Source: Phaeosaccion multiseriatum
Taxonomy: Eukaryota; Protista; Ochrophyta, other classes
Length of the DNA: 64,000 nt
Assembly: GCA_965112735.1 (NCBI GenBank)
Contig: OZ218953.1
Coordinates: forward strand, 2,914,001-2,978,000
Direction of reading: 5' to 3'
Positions 23,701-37,900 of the stretch are shown one piece after another (position 1 is the first letter of the stretch; each line of letters opens with the position of its first letter). A program made the position numbers and the translations under genes. The notes below the pieces were generated by a model. The model ran no database searches, was not told the DNA's origin, and saw only the letters and a program-made list of their open reading frames with translations.

Positions 23701-24635
23701 CGGGCGACGACGCGGACAGCCAACACGCCTTTGGACGAGTCAGGGTCATCCGAGGAGGTGCGTGGCGTGTGTGCGTGCGTGTGCATCTTGCTGCCCGACA
23801 CTGCTTGCACCACGCTGTCTGTCCCGCCCGCCCCCCCAAGAGCGCTGCTCTACCGCACTTGGCCTCTCCTCCCTTCCCCTCCCCTCGTCTCATCTGACCT
23901 CTCCTCCCTCACTGCCCCACCCCACTCCTCCCCGCCCCTTTACTCTCCACGTAAAATCCCCCATACACTGCCATCCATCCCCACCCCCCTGGGTCCCCGG
24001 TCCCCGTCCACTGCCATCCATCCCCACCAGGCTCTCTCGCAGTGGAGGGCGCCTCTACGTGGCTCAACATCTCCTCCTCGCTGCTGTCCGGAGACGCTTC
24101 AACAGGCTGCTCTCTGCGAGTGTCCTCCGGTGCCCACCTCATCCTTCCGGAAAGCTTGTCCCTTGAGGGTCTCACACTACAGGTGGACTCGGGCGGGAGT
24201 TTGCGGGGGGGCAAGACGAGTCTTAACATCTCCGAGGGGGCTGTACTACAGCTTTACTCCAACGGGTCCAGCAACGGAGGGGAGGGGGGGGTGTACCTCT
24301 TTGATGAGCTGACTGTCTCCGATGGCGGAGTTCTGCAGCTGGCCAACGAGGAGGAGGAGGAAGAGGAGGAGGAAGATGGAGGGGCGGAAGGTAGTGGATG
24401 GGGGGGGGGTTGGAACGCCGTCCAGGTGGGGGGTGAGTCGCTGCTGGTGTCCCCGGGGGGCGAGGTGAGCGTGGGCGCGCGTGTGAATGCCTCGCTCGCT
24501 GTGACAGCGGTGCAGCTGAGCGGGGGCGGGGTGGTGCGGGGAAGCGGCCGGAGGGACAGCGTGCTCACTATGCCTGCCGACTACATGCTGCATCTCGCGT
24601 GTGGCAATGACGGTGCTAGCAGTAACACGAGCACC

Positions 24636-24691
<56 letters not shown>

Positions 24692-27600
24692 GAGTAGTAG
24701 TAGCAATGGGACGTGCTTTGTCAGTGGGCTTGATCTGCAGGCAGGGGGCGACACACTTTGGCACTCGGGGGATGTGGGGCTTGAAGACGGTGCCTTCCTG
24801 CGCGTCAAGGCGATGGCACTGGAAGGAGGAGGAGGAGGAGAAGGAGGAGCAGGGGGGGAGGGGGCCTTCTCAGTTTACACGTCGGAAGACGAGGAAGAGG
24901 GAGACGACGACGAGGAGGCAAGGCTGATTGTGGTCGAGGGAGGTACGTTCACCCTACAAGGGAACATCAGCGCCAACAGCAGCGATGTGAACATCAACAT
25001 GGGCGTGTACCTGACCGTAGAGGCCAATGCTTCTGTGGTGGTGGAGTCTTACACCACCACCACCACCTCTGAGTCGGCCTTATCCTCCTTCACCGCCTTG
25101 CCTTCCTTGACCTTGCGCATCGGGGGTGGTGGAGAGTGGCGAGAGGGGGCAATGCTCAACGTGAGCGGTGAGGCGAGTACCGTACAGTTCTTCTCCGAAG
25201 ACGGTGAGAGTGACAGTTACACATGGTTCCACTCCTCCAGTCGCCTGGTGGGCACGGAGGGGGGGTGGGTGGAGTGGGAGAGCGGAGCCTACACGAATCT
25301 GCCGGCAGAGGTGGGCACAGGTAAGAGCGACAGAGAGGTTGTCCCTTCGCTTCTTTGCCTTATTACTTTACTTCTTCGCCGTCTTCTTTCGGCTCTTCCC
25401 TTGCCCACTTTAGTGCAGTGTGTCCGGTGGCATAGATCGATCCATTGATCCCCAGAATCGCTCCTGTTCCCCTGTGTCCCCGTGTCTGCCCCCCCCCCCC
25501 GTTGGCTATCGCTGTCGCTGTCCACCCACTGCACCGCCCCTCCTTCCCCGTCGTGTCACGCACACACACACGCGCCCACACACACACTCGCTCTCTTACA
25601 CGCACTCACACTCACACACACGCACCCACACACACACTCGCTCTCTTACACGCACTCACACACACGCACCCACACACACACTCGCTCTCTTACACGCACT
25701 CACACACACGCACCCACACGCACCCACACACACTCACACACTCACCCATGAACGCACGCTCACTCACGCATTCACCCACCAACACACATACACACACGCA
25801 CAGACGGCTCCGGCCCATTGCTCTCCATCAACAGCGGCGGTCACGTGGTGCTCTCCGGCGGCGGCGTGTACAATATCTCTGCCGTAACGATCACCCCGGG
25901 GGGCGAGCTGACCGTTACTTCCACCGACCCAGGGGAGGAGGGCACGAGCGGGACCCTCTGCTCCATCGGCAGCCTCACACTGCAGAGGGGGGCTAGCCTC
26001 ATTGCGGCACACTCCTCTGCCGTCGTCCAAACCACGGAATCTTTCCTCTGGCAGGGCGGGGCGCTGGAGGGACCGGGGGAGGTGCACTGTCAGGGCGGGG
26101 TCACAATCTCGACGACGCCCACGACTACCAACTCCTCCTCATATTTCAATTCTTCTTCTTCTTCTTCCTCCGATGGCGGCCTGGCCCTTCGGGAACAAGT
26201 CCGGTGGCTCGTGATGGGCACTGCGCTGTGGCGTAACGGCACTGTAACTGCCAGTGAGGGCTCCGAGGCTGTCGTGAGCGGCACCTTCAACGTCACGGAG
26301 GGGGCGAGTGTGAGGTGCGGTGGGTTCGTCTCCCTGTCTCTCTTAGGGGTCTGTCGGGTTGGGTCTTGTGTGTGGGCTTTGTGCCTTACGCCCGACTTCT
26401 TGTCCACGCACGCACACGCCTTAATAACCAAATCCCGCCCACCCTACCCACATGTACGCACATACACACACACTCTCACACACACACACACTCACACACA
26501 CTCTCACACACTCACACACACACACTCACACACACACCCACATGCACATGCACACACACTCACACACATACACGCACACTCACACACGCACACACACGCA
26601 CACACACGCACACGAACGCACATGCACACACACACACTCACATACACACACGGACACGCACACGCACGCACACGATATGCACACACAACGCACACTCTCT
26701 CACACGCACACAACAGGTGGGAAGATGGCACTGCCTTGTCGAACTTCCTCCTAACCTCGGGCGCCACCCTCCAGGGCGAGGGAGCGTGGCCCTTCCTCTC
26801 CACCCTGTCCAACACCTCCGCGTCAGACTGCGCCGCTGCCTGTCTGTCCGGCGGCTTCCAGCGCACGCTCCCCGTGGGCCTCGCACGCACCTACACGGCT
26901 TCTGACGTCACGTGCATGTCCTTCATCTTCTCGCCGCTGTCCGAGACGTGCTCACTCCTCGCAGCATCGAGCGACGACGAAGGGGTAAGGCTAGTGCAGC
27001 TGGCGACGACTACAGCGGATGAGGAGGATGAGGAGGATGAGGAGGGGGATGGGCAGCACCTTGCGGACTATGATGTGTATGAGAGGAGCATTGGCAACTG
27101 GACCACTGGCTGGGCAACAGGAGGAGGAGGAGGAGTGGTGGTGGCTCCACTGTTTGAGGTGGTGGATGGGGGAAGCTTCTCCATTGGACAGGGGGCCAAC
27201 GCCACCTTCCTCAATGTTGCTGTCAACGTGTCGAGCGGGGGGCGTGTGGGCCTGGACAATCAGGCCAGTCTGGAGGCGGGCTCCGGGGGCGGAAGCTTCG
27301 CGGCCGGGGCAGATGTATGGCTCGGGAGCGGGGCACAACTCAAACTGGTAGGGTCAAGCACAACGGATGACGTCAGCGGGGACGCAGATGGCGACGATGG
27401 TGTCACCATGGCTGCCACTGGGGTGGGGCTCCACGCCAGCGCGGAGTCCCTCATAGCGGTGTCGAGTGGCAGCCACGTGTTGCCACGAGACCTGAGGGCG
27501 CCTCTGCTGGGGCTGGAGGTGACCGGCACGGGGCTGGTTAGCATTGGCGACGACGATGATAACGAAGGGGGTGATGCTGTGGATGTGGAGATTGGGTACC

Positions 27601-29632
27601 TGCTGGTGGAGGGCAGCGGGCAAGTTACGGTGGGGGGAAGCGCTGCCGATGTGGTCACCTCCGGAGTGCAGGGAGTGAGCTTGGGGAGCGAGGGGGGACT
27701 CTCCTTCACGGCCAGGTATGTATGTATGTATGTATGTATGTATGTAGGTATGTATGTATGTATGTATGTATGTATGCATGTATGTATGCATGCAGGCATG
27801 TATGTATGTATGTATGTATGTATGTATGTAGGTATGTATGTATGCATGTATGTATGTATGTATGTATGTATGTATGTATGTATGTATGTATGTATGCATG
27901 TATGTATGTATGTGTGCGTGTATGCATGTATGCATGTATGTATGTATGCATGCATGTTGTTATGTATATATGTATGCATGTATGTATGTTATGGATGTAT
28001 GTATGTATGCATGTCTGTATGTATGTCTGTCTGTCTGTCTGTCTGTCTGTCAGTCTGTTTGTCTTGTCAGTCTGTCTGTCTGTCTGTCTGCCTGCCTGCC
28101 TGTCTGTCTGTCTGTCTCCACTCCTCATCCCTCCCCTCCTCTCCTCTCCAGCCTCGCCCGATTGAGCGTATTGGATGCCAACCTATCCATCACAAATAGC
28201 GCAGTGCTCCACATGGGCGCTGCAGGGAGTAGAGCCAACGTCACTGCGCAGGCGGTGTCAGTAGCCGGTGCAGGAGCGTCCCTGTTGTTCGCTGACGGGG
28301 AGCTCACCGCACTGGACTCTCTGCAGGTGCGTGCGTGTGTGTGTGTGTGTGCGTGCGTATGTGTGTGTGTGTGCGTGTGTGTGTGTGTGTGTGTGTGCAT
28401 GTGTGTGTGTGAGTGTGTGTGTGTGTGTGCATGTGTGTGTGTGTGTGTGTGTGGTCAGTGTATGTGTGCGCGTGTGTGTGGGTGGGCATAACGGGCCCAG
28501 GAAGGCTACCGCTGTGTGGAGGACGCACGAACTGACGATGGGAAGCGCACAGACGTAAGGAAATGACGCACCTCTCCCTCCTCCTCCGCCTCCTCCTCCC
28601 CCCCTCCCCCAACAGGTTGGCGACGGTGGTGTGATGAGCTGCAGCGAGCTCGGCTCCCCTCTGTCTGCGGCCTATCTGTCCGAAGGGGGGGGCGAGTACG
28701 GAGACCTTGGGGGGGGAGGGGGAGGACACGCGGGGGAGGGAGGAGGGGGGCGCAAGAACATGAGCACCAGTACCAACACCAGGCAAGCACACAAGTTGGT
28801 GATACAGCCGCTGCTCTCTCTCTTGCACTTGCTCTCCTCTTGTGCGGTGCTGATTTGACTCTCTCTTGCGCGCTCCTTCATCGCTCGGGTGGGGTAGGAG
28901 TATATGTGTATTTTTGTTTTGTTTTTTTCGGTCGTTTGTTCGTTTGTGCCCACCCACCCACCCGCTCACTCCCCTCCCCTCTCCGACACCCGACTGCCTC
29001 CCCCAATCTCCACACACCTTCCCTTCACTTCCCTTCCCTTCCCTTCCCTTCCCTTCCGCCACCTTTAATAACCTCCATCCATGCAGCTACGTGGAGGGGA
29101 GCGGGGCACAGGGAGGGAGTGCCTACGGGGACCTCTCCCGACCTTTCACCACGATGGGAAGCCAGGGGGGCGGCGCGGGGGGGGGCAGCGCCGGGTACGG
29201 AGGGGCGGCAGGGGGCAGGCTCAGCATCGAAGCTACGCACTTTGTCATCTGGGGGGGCGGCGTGGTCAGCTGCGACGGGGGCCAGGGGGGGGCAGGCGGC
29301 GGGGGAGGGGGCTCGGGAGGCAGCCTCTTCATCACGGCAGTTACGGCAGTTACAAACGGAACGAGCTCTTCCCAAGGAGGAGGCGCAGCACTCATCTCGG
29401 CCAGGGGAGGTGCCGGCGGGGGTGGGAACTCGTCTTGTTCGGATAGTGGTGCTGCTGATGATGACTGTGACCGCTACGCCCTGGGAGGCGGGGGCAGCGG
29501 GGGCCTGGTGGCGCTCTTCGTCTCGGGAGACAGCAGCAGTAGTAGTAGCAGCAGCAGCAGTAGCAGTAGCAGTATAAGTCTGCTCGAGGTGGACACGGCC
29601 GTGGACGCATTTGACGTGTCCGGGGGAGAGGG

Positions 29633-29681
<49 letters not shown>

Positions 29682-31751
29682 GACAGTAGCGATGGAGGAG
29701 CGGCGGGTATGGTCCTCCTTCGCAACACCACGGCCTTCGAAGAGGGCGACTACGCTTCCTCTTCGGCAGTGGGGCAGACCCTCCTCGTGATAGGAGGGGC
29801 TCTGACCACCAGCAGTAGTCCTGACACTGTTGTGCGCGTGCCTGCAGATGAGGCCTCTCTTCGCCTCGACGAGCTCTTTGTGAGGGGCTCCGTTGCGGCG
29901 TTGTTGGCCGAGGGAGGCAACTTTTCTGTAACGGCACTCGAGGGGGACGGGCAGAGCGGCGGGGCGGTGGTGAGGGTAGACAATGCGTCTTCGCTCACCC
30001 TGCCCTCCAACTGCAGCTTGGGAGGGATGCAGCTCGAGGTGGGTGGGTGGGGTACAGCGGGTGGGGAGGAAGAGAGGGGGGGGGGTGAAAGACCCGTGGG
30101 GGGAGGAGGAGGAGGAGGAGGAGGAGGAGGAGGAGGAGGAGGAGGAGGAGGAGGAGGAGGAGGAGGAGGAGGAGGGGGAGGATTGGAGAAGGTTGGTTTG
30201 GTGAAAGGGAACACGAAGTAAACTTGCCATTTGATGTATGGAGACTGTTTCCACCCGCTTACCTCCTCTCCATCTCCTCCTCCCTCTCTCCCTCCCCTCT
30301 CTCCTGTAGATGCGGCTTGGCTGCTTGTGGGGTTGCGAGGAGTCCCTGCACCTGTCCACAGATGCAGCGCTATCCCTCAGCGAGAGAGGCCTTGCGGACA
30401 GTCTCGGATCTGTCCAGAACTGCTCCGATTTCGCGTCATCGTCCTTCTCCTCCTCCTCCTCCTCCTCCTCTTCCTCTTCTTCTTCCACCCTCGGGAACTA
30501 CTCCTTTGGGAACACCACGCTGGCAGAAGGGGCATCTGTGCGCATGTTCGCAATGTCACCTTCGACCCTCTCCGAGAGCAGCATTGATAGCAGCACCACC
30601 ACCACCACCAGCATCCCCCGGTTGCACGTGAGAGGGTCCTTAGTCTTAGACGCTGGGGCGAGGATCAGCTCCGACGGGGAGGGGCACTATGGCAGCAAGG
30701 CCAACGCCTCCGCCTTCATCACCTCGACTTCCATATCGACCTCCTCGACTTCTTCTTCGATGGTGCGGGACCCTCTGTGGGCTGTGGTGTATGGGGGCCC
30801 AGGGGCGGGATCCGACGGCGGCGGAGGAGGTGCAGGAGGCGGTTACGGTGGTTACGGAGGGGCCGCCTTCGGAGGGGCCAGCATGGGGGGGGAAGCGTAC
30901 GGCCCGGCCACTACACCTGAGGAGTGGGGCAGGTGAGTGAAATGGTGGGGATGGTGAGCTTTGTGTTGTGTGCTTTGCTGTCCTTTGCTTTGCCTTGCCT
31001 TGCCTTGTCATTCATGCCTTGCCTTGCCTTGCCGTGCTCAGCAGCTGCAAGTAGTGGTGCGGGAGGGGCTTGTTGGCTTATGTGTTCACAAACGGTTGGC
31101 ATCGCTTGATTTGGCCTGGGAGTGCGTGGTTAGGTAGCTTCTTACCCCGCTGCTGCTGTTTGCAGCTGTTGCCGCTGCAGCTGTTTGCAGCTGTTGCCGC
31201 TGCAGCTGTTGCCGCTGCTACTGCTGCCGCTGCTACTGCTGCCGCTGCTACTGCTGCTCCTCGTTGCTGCTGTATCACCATCTCCTACTCCATCCCTCCT
31301 CTCCTTCTATCCTTTCATCTCCTCCACGCATCCCTTCACTCATCGGCCTCCATGATGTGTCTGCGGCTTATGCATGTGTCTGCTGCTGCCATTGTTGTTG
31401 ATGTGTCCCTCTGTCCTTTTGTCCCTCCGTCCCTCCGTCCCTCCGTCCCTCCGTCCCTCCCCCCTCTCGTGCCTGCTTATTTGCCTACTCCATCCCACCC
31501 TACTGCAACGCACCTGGGACCACTCCCATACCGATCTGCGACCGATCCTCGACCGATGCTCAGTGGCGGCGGGGCCAGCCTGGCGGGCACGGGCGGGAGG
31601 GGCGGAGGAGTGGTGTACCTCCACGTGCAGGGAGACCTCAGCCTCAGTGGCCACATCAGCGCGGGTGCGTGCGCAGGGGGGGGGGGCTAAGAAAAAGGCT
31701 ATCTTGCCTACATGCCTTGTCTGCCTGTCTGCCTGTCTGTCTACCTGCCCG

Positions 31752-31787
<36 letters not shown>

Positions 31788-33859
31788 CTCGCTCGTCCGG
31801 GATGATTGTGCCCAGCTGGTTCTATTCGTTCTACTGTTCTCAGACCCTGAACCTCACCCTCACCCTCACCCTCGCCCTCAACACCCGCCCCCCCCCCCCC
31901 CCCCTCTCTCTCTCTCTCTCTCTGGCCGCTGGTATTCACTATCATGTAGACGGCTCGGCGGGCACGGGGGGCGGCGGCGGCGGCTCAGGAGGGGCTGTAA
32001 CCGTCATCGTGGAGGGCGTATTCACGGGACAGGGAAACGGAAATGTAACGGCCAACGGGGGCTCCGGGCTAGCGACGGTTTCAAGCTGGGCAGGGGCAGG
32101 GGCAGGGGGGCGAGTGTTGCTGCGATACGGGAGGAGGGAGGGTGATTGGAGCGTAGAGGCAAGGGCAGGGGGGATGGAGGTGGAGGAGGCGGTCCAAGGG
32201 CAGGTCTCACAGGGGGTAATGCAGGTCACGACAGCAGAGCGGGCCTACAGGGGGTCAGGGGGGCTGCTGCGCTGGTTGAGAGATGCCATCACTGCTACTA
32301 CCGCAGATGGCGACGGCTATAGCGATGACTTTGAAGATCGTCAGGTGGCTCTGGCGGGGGCTGGAACGGTGCTGCTGGAGTCCAATTACTCCGCATCACC
32401 AACTGCTACATCTGCTGATGGTGTTTCTTACGACCGCACCCTGGTGGTGGATAACACGCTCCCCTCCTCCCTCGCGCTCAGCGACTTTGCCCAAGTGGAC
32501 GAGGAGGGCGAGGCTTCCGCTGCGCTGGAGGGGCTGCCCTCCGGCTACAGTGTCCTCTTGCATCCTTCCGATCAGGGGCTGCGGCTGGGCAGCATCGAGC
32601 TCAGGGGAAGGGGTAACCTCGCCATCACAGCTGGCTTGGATGTGGTGGTGGCCAACTTTAGCGCCTCGGGCTGCGACGGCTCGGCCACTCTGGCGCTGAG
32701 TAACGGGTCCTCCCTCACCGCAGCGACCCCTCTGCTGCAGGTGTCTGGGGTCCGGCTCTCGCTGGCCAACGGAAGCTCCCTCGCCCTCCTTGGAGACGGA
32801 CAAGACGGACAAGAGGGACAAGGCTCGCTCGCTCTGCAGCACGGGGCGAGGTTAGAGCTGCAGGCTGGCTCGGCCCCCATCAGCGCCTTGAACATCACCG
32901 TCGCCGGAGGAAGCGCCATTGCCCTCGTGGGGGAAGGGTGGGCCGAAACCGCCGAGCGAAACGCCGCTGCTGCAGTCGAAGAGGCCGCCGCCGGAGAGGG
33001 TACTTCTTCGTTCCCGGTGATACACATCTCTGCGTCGGGGCAGCTGGACGTGCAGGCGGGGGCTTTGCTGGCTGCGGACGGGTGTGGGTATCAGGGGGGA
33101 GGAGCGGGTGGGCAGGATGACGGAGAGGGGCCCATGGGAGGGAGCACCGCGTATCTGCAAGCAGGGGGAGGGGGGCACGCAGGTGAGAGAGCAGGAGAGA
33201 GAGAGGGAGAGGGAGAGGGAGAGGGAGAGAGGGAGAGGGAGAAGAAGAACGTGCCTCAAGCAAGGAAGAAAGAAAGGCCTGAGGACTGTCCGTGCCGTCC
33301 TGTCCTGCCCTGCCCTGCCCTGACCTGCCCTGCCCTGCCGAGCCGTGCCGTGCCCTCCTCTGGCCTGTCCTGACCCCCCCACCCATGCCCTCACCCCCAT
33401 TGCCCCCTTCCTCCCTTCTACCCCCCTCCCTCCTCATCCCTTCGCACTCACCTCTCACTCTCAGGCGTGGGCGGTGGAGGCAGTTCCTCGGGCCTGTCCG
33501 GCGGTTCGTACGGCTCTGTGGATCTGCCCGGGCTAGCTGGGTCGGGGGGGGGAGGGTCCCTGTGTGGAGGGGGAGGGGCGGGGGGGGGGGTTATTGGTGT
33601 CAGGGCGAGTGTCGTCATCGTCGATGGGGACATCACTGCCAGCGGGGCAGGTGCGTGAGAGGCAGGCAGGAGGGGGGGAGAGGGAGAGGGGGGGCTGGAG
33701 GGAGAGAGAGAGGGAGAGAGAGGGAGAAAGGGAAAGAGGGAAAGAGAGAGAGGGGGAGAGAGGGAGAGGAAGATAGAGAGAGGGAGGGAGAGAGAGGGGG
33801 AGAGGGGGAGAGAGAGAGAGAGACAGAGAGAGAAAGAGAGGGAGAGAGAGACAGAGAGA

Positions 33860-33899
<40 letters not shown>

Positions 33900-34909
33900 C
33901 TAGCAGGATGAGCCGAGAGTGCAGGGGACACACGCGTACCGAGGGGGTATGTGAAGACACGCGTACCGAGGGGGTATGTGAAGACACGCGTACCGAGGGG
34001 GTATGTGAAGACACGCGTACCGAGGGGGTATGTGAAGACACGCGTACCGAGGGGGTATGTGAAGACACGCGTACCGAGGGGGTATGTGAAGACACGCGTA
34101 CCGAGGGGGTATGTGAAGACACGCGTACCGAGGGGGTATGTGAAGACACGCGTACCGAGGGGGTATGTGAAGACACGCGTACTGAGTGGCGTACTGAGTG
34201 GCCTACTGAGGGGGTTTGTGAAGGCAGCGTTGTGCAACTTTCTTTGCGTGCGTGTGTGTGGTTGTGTGTGGTATGTATTGGTATGTATTGGTATGTATTG
34301 GTATGTATTGGTATGTATTGGTATGAATTGGTATGTATTGGGTATGTATTAGTATGTATCATAGTCCTCGCGTTCCTTAAAGCGTCCTCCCTCCCTCTCT
34401 CCCTCCCTTCCTCCCTCCCTCCCTCCACAAACCCTTGACCTCTCCCCTCGACCCACAGCTCCAACGAACAGCAGCAGCAGCAGCAGCTCCTCCTCCTCGG
34501 CGTGCGCTGGCTCCAGCGGGGGCGGAGGAGGAGGGGGTGCAGGGGGAAGCATCTACATACACGCCACACACAGCCTGCAGGGGAACGGCTCCATCCTCGC
34601 GGACGGGGCGGATGGCAGTGTATGGGGCGGCGCGGGGGCGGGTGGGCGCGTCGGGGTGGTGGTGGGGGGGATGAGTCCTCCTACTCCTTTCAAGGAGCAC
34701 TCGCAGCACAGGCCGGGGAGGACGGGGCGGAGGCGAGTGGGGAGGGCGCCGCTGCAGGGACGGTGTGGCTCAACGCAACCATATCAGAAGCAGCAGCAGC
34801 AGCAGCAGGGTCGTCTGGCCTGGCGCTGAGTAGCCAAGAGGCGGCGCTGACCGTGAGTGGGGGGCATGGGGCGGTCACAGTGCTGCAGCAGTCGAGCTGG
34901 TGGGGTAGC

Positions 34910-34943
<34 letters not shown>

Positions 34944-37900
34944 TGGCTCCATTGAAACTGCTCGTGTCCGACGGCGGGCTGCTGACGCTGAGCAGCTACG
35001 CTACGCTCACGCTGTCCTCACTGCGGGCGGGGGATGGCAGTGGACGGCTCACGCTCACTAACTGCTCCTCGCTGCAGCTGGCGCAGGAAGTCAGTGAAAG
35101 CGCAGAGGGGCTCGTGCTTTCCGGGGTGACCCTGGCCGTAGCCACAGACGGGTACGTCACCGGGGTGGGCAACGTGACCGTGGCCAGCGAGGGGGTATGG
35201 GAGCTGTGGTCCACAGGGGCGGCCATCTCGAGCTCCTCGACTTTGGTGTCGACGTGTCAGGACCCCGACGGGATGGCAGCGGACGACCCCCGCCTGGGCA
35301 GCTTCGAGGTGGGGGGCACGCTGTCCGTGGAGACGGGAGGAGAGGTGGTGGTCGTAGTGGGAGACACGAGCTTTGCCGCAGTGGATAGTTCCGTGGTGCG
35401 TCTGGTGGTGCAGGGGCATGTGTTGGTGGAGGAGGGAGGAGTAGTGACGGGCAGCGGCAACGGTTACCCCGCCACTCCTTCTCCACCTGGAGGAGGGAGT
35501 GGCGGCGACGACGCGGAAGCTGCTGCTGCTGCCCCGTTTAGCGGTCGGCGAGGAGGAGCTGAGGGAGGGGCAGGCGGGGGCCATGCTGGAGAAGGTAGCG
35601 CCGCTCGAGGAGGGGGCGGGGTGGACTTGCGAGGTGCCGCGCATGGGCTTGCAATGGGACCCATTCAGGCCGGGGGAGGAGGCGGCAGCGGCAGCGGCAG
35701 CAGTGAGGGAGGAGGGGGGGGAGGAGGGGCCGGTGGAGCGGCGCTGAAGGTCGTAGCCACCAACGGAAGTGTGGTCATCAACGGCACGCTGACCATGGAC
35801 GGGCAGGATGCCTCCTCGGAAACCGGCGGTGGGGGGGCGGGGGGCAGCATCTGGATTAGCTGCCCCGGGGGGTTACCGAGGGGTACGGGGTCTATTTCGG
35901 CGTCGGGTGGGGATGGAGGCAACTCTGCGGCGGAGGAGGGGGAGGGGGGCTCTCCCTTCGGCGGGGGAGGCGCCGGGGGAAGGGTTCTCCTAGAGACGAG
36001 TGCCAACAGCAGCAGCAGCAGCAGCAGCAGTGGCGGTGGTGGTTTCGATGGTCTTGTTTCCGTGTCTGGAGATGCGGATGGCCAAGGGGTGGCTCTGACG
36101 TCATCGTCGTCGTCGCTGCATGTCCGTGCGAGTGGGGGCCGCAGTGCCGTGCTGGAGGCCGTGCAGGGGAAGCGGAGAGGGGCGTGGACATCGACCGATA
36201 CCCTCCTGCACATCAGCAGCGGAGAGGGGCGGCAGCAAGGCGTCGCCGCGACAGGCACCGTTGCCCTGCTGGAGGGAGTGTTGGAAGGAGGAGAGGGTAC
36301 GACAGCATCCTCGTCCTCGCTGCGGCTGTACACCACAACCACTGGCGATACGAGTCTGACGGCCTTTGAGAGCGGAGCGGTGACGTATCTGCTCGACGAA
36401 GGAGCCCTTTCCTTCGCACTCGTTGACGTCACGGGGGCCTCTCTGGAGGCGGTGTCCTTGAATGCCACCATCACTGCTCTACAGACGACGACAACTTGGA
36501 GTACCACCACCAGCTCCTCGCCCCCTGCCTCGGACGGGTCCCTGATGCTGGCCCAAGCGTCTCTGTGGTCGACATCATCCTCATCCTCCGGATTGAGCAT
36601 CAACGGCAGCGCCACGCTGCAAGTCCAGGGGGGCTTAACGACGGGAGAGCCGCTGGCCTCGCTCTCCATCTCCGGCAACGCCTCCCTTGAGCTGTACCCC
36701 GACACGGAAACACAAAGTCCGCCTCCACAGCTGCGTGTGAGTGGCGCTGTGGTTCTGTCAGATGGGGCGACGCTGTCGGGCAATGTCAACATGTCCGCCG
36801 ACTCGCTCACGCTGCAGGGCCTCAGTAAAGTGGATGCGAGCGGAATGGGCTGGAGCGGGGCCGCCGCCGGAGCCAACAACGCAACCGGCCTGGGCAAGGG
36901 AGGAAGCGGGAGCTTCGGCTCCGGGGCGGGGCACGGAGGAGAGGGGATGACAAGTGCCAAAGCGGAAACCGTGCTGAACTGGGCGAACCTTGCCTACAAT
37001 GCCGCCTCGGAGCCCGCGGTAGAGAGCGGGTCCACAGTGGTAAACTCCGCTGCCAACTTGAGCAGCACCCAGGGGTGGAGGGGCGGGGAGGCCTACGGAG
37101 ACGCGTACTGGCCCGTGAGTACGGGCAGCGGAGGGGGCAGTGGCAGCCGAGTCGAGGCCTACGGGGGCAGCGGTGGAGGGGTGGTGTTTGTGGACGTGAA
37201 GGGCAACGTCACAGTGGGGCCCACTGCCTCCATCCGAGCGGACGGGGAAAACGGAGGCAGGGACGGAGGAGGAGGGGGAAGCGGGGGCTCTGTCCTGCTG
37301 CGCTGCTCGGCCCTCGTGGGGGAGGGGGGTGTGATTAGCGCCAAGGGGGGAGCCGCGGGCGTCGAAGACGAAGCTACCGGAGCCGGGGTGGGGGCAGGCG
37401 GGCGAATCGCCGTGTACGGAGACCTCCTTCCCAGCCTCGCCTCTCTTTCCTCTATGTTCTCCACCGCGTCGGGCGCTTCTCTTTCGTCTTCGGCCGGCAC
37501 GTGGCACCGCAGACGCACGCCCGACTACCTCGGGTCTGTTTATCTCAACGCCTCGTCTCTCGTCACTTCCATCAATGCCTCGGCCTCCGGGGGGGGAGGC
37601 GTGAGTGCAAGCGTGAGTGTGAGTGACGGGGACTCCATCGATATTAAGGTCGGGGTGGCGAGGCGTGGCTTGGTGCAGACCATCACACTACGAGGAAGCG
37701 GAAACGGCACCTCCAACGCCGCGGCAGAGGTGGACGAGTCCGCTGCTGTGGTCCGGGGCTTGTGGCGCGTGGGGTACCGCTACAGTGCCTGGAGTCAGGA
37801 CCTGAGCAGCGTAGCTACCGCCTCGGAGGTGAAAGCTGCGCTGGAGGCACTGGACTACGCGGGAGAGGGGGCGTTGAGCAGCGGCGAGGTTGTTTCCGTG

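Noticed and set aside
25445-28560. His/Thr-rich and Cys/Val/Met-rich ORFs (THTH, MYVC repeats)
   Set aside because: Translations of intronic (CA)n, (TG)n and (TATG)n microsatellites.
33928-34182. Possible CRISPR array
   Set aside because: The repeats are directly adjacent with no spacers, lie in a eukaryotic intron, and no cas genes are present.
34664-34670. Apparent frameshift in the last exon of the giant Gly-rich gene
   Set aside because: G7 run; one extra G gives ...GRVGVVVGGDESSYSF. Likely a homopolymer error.
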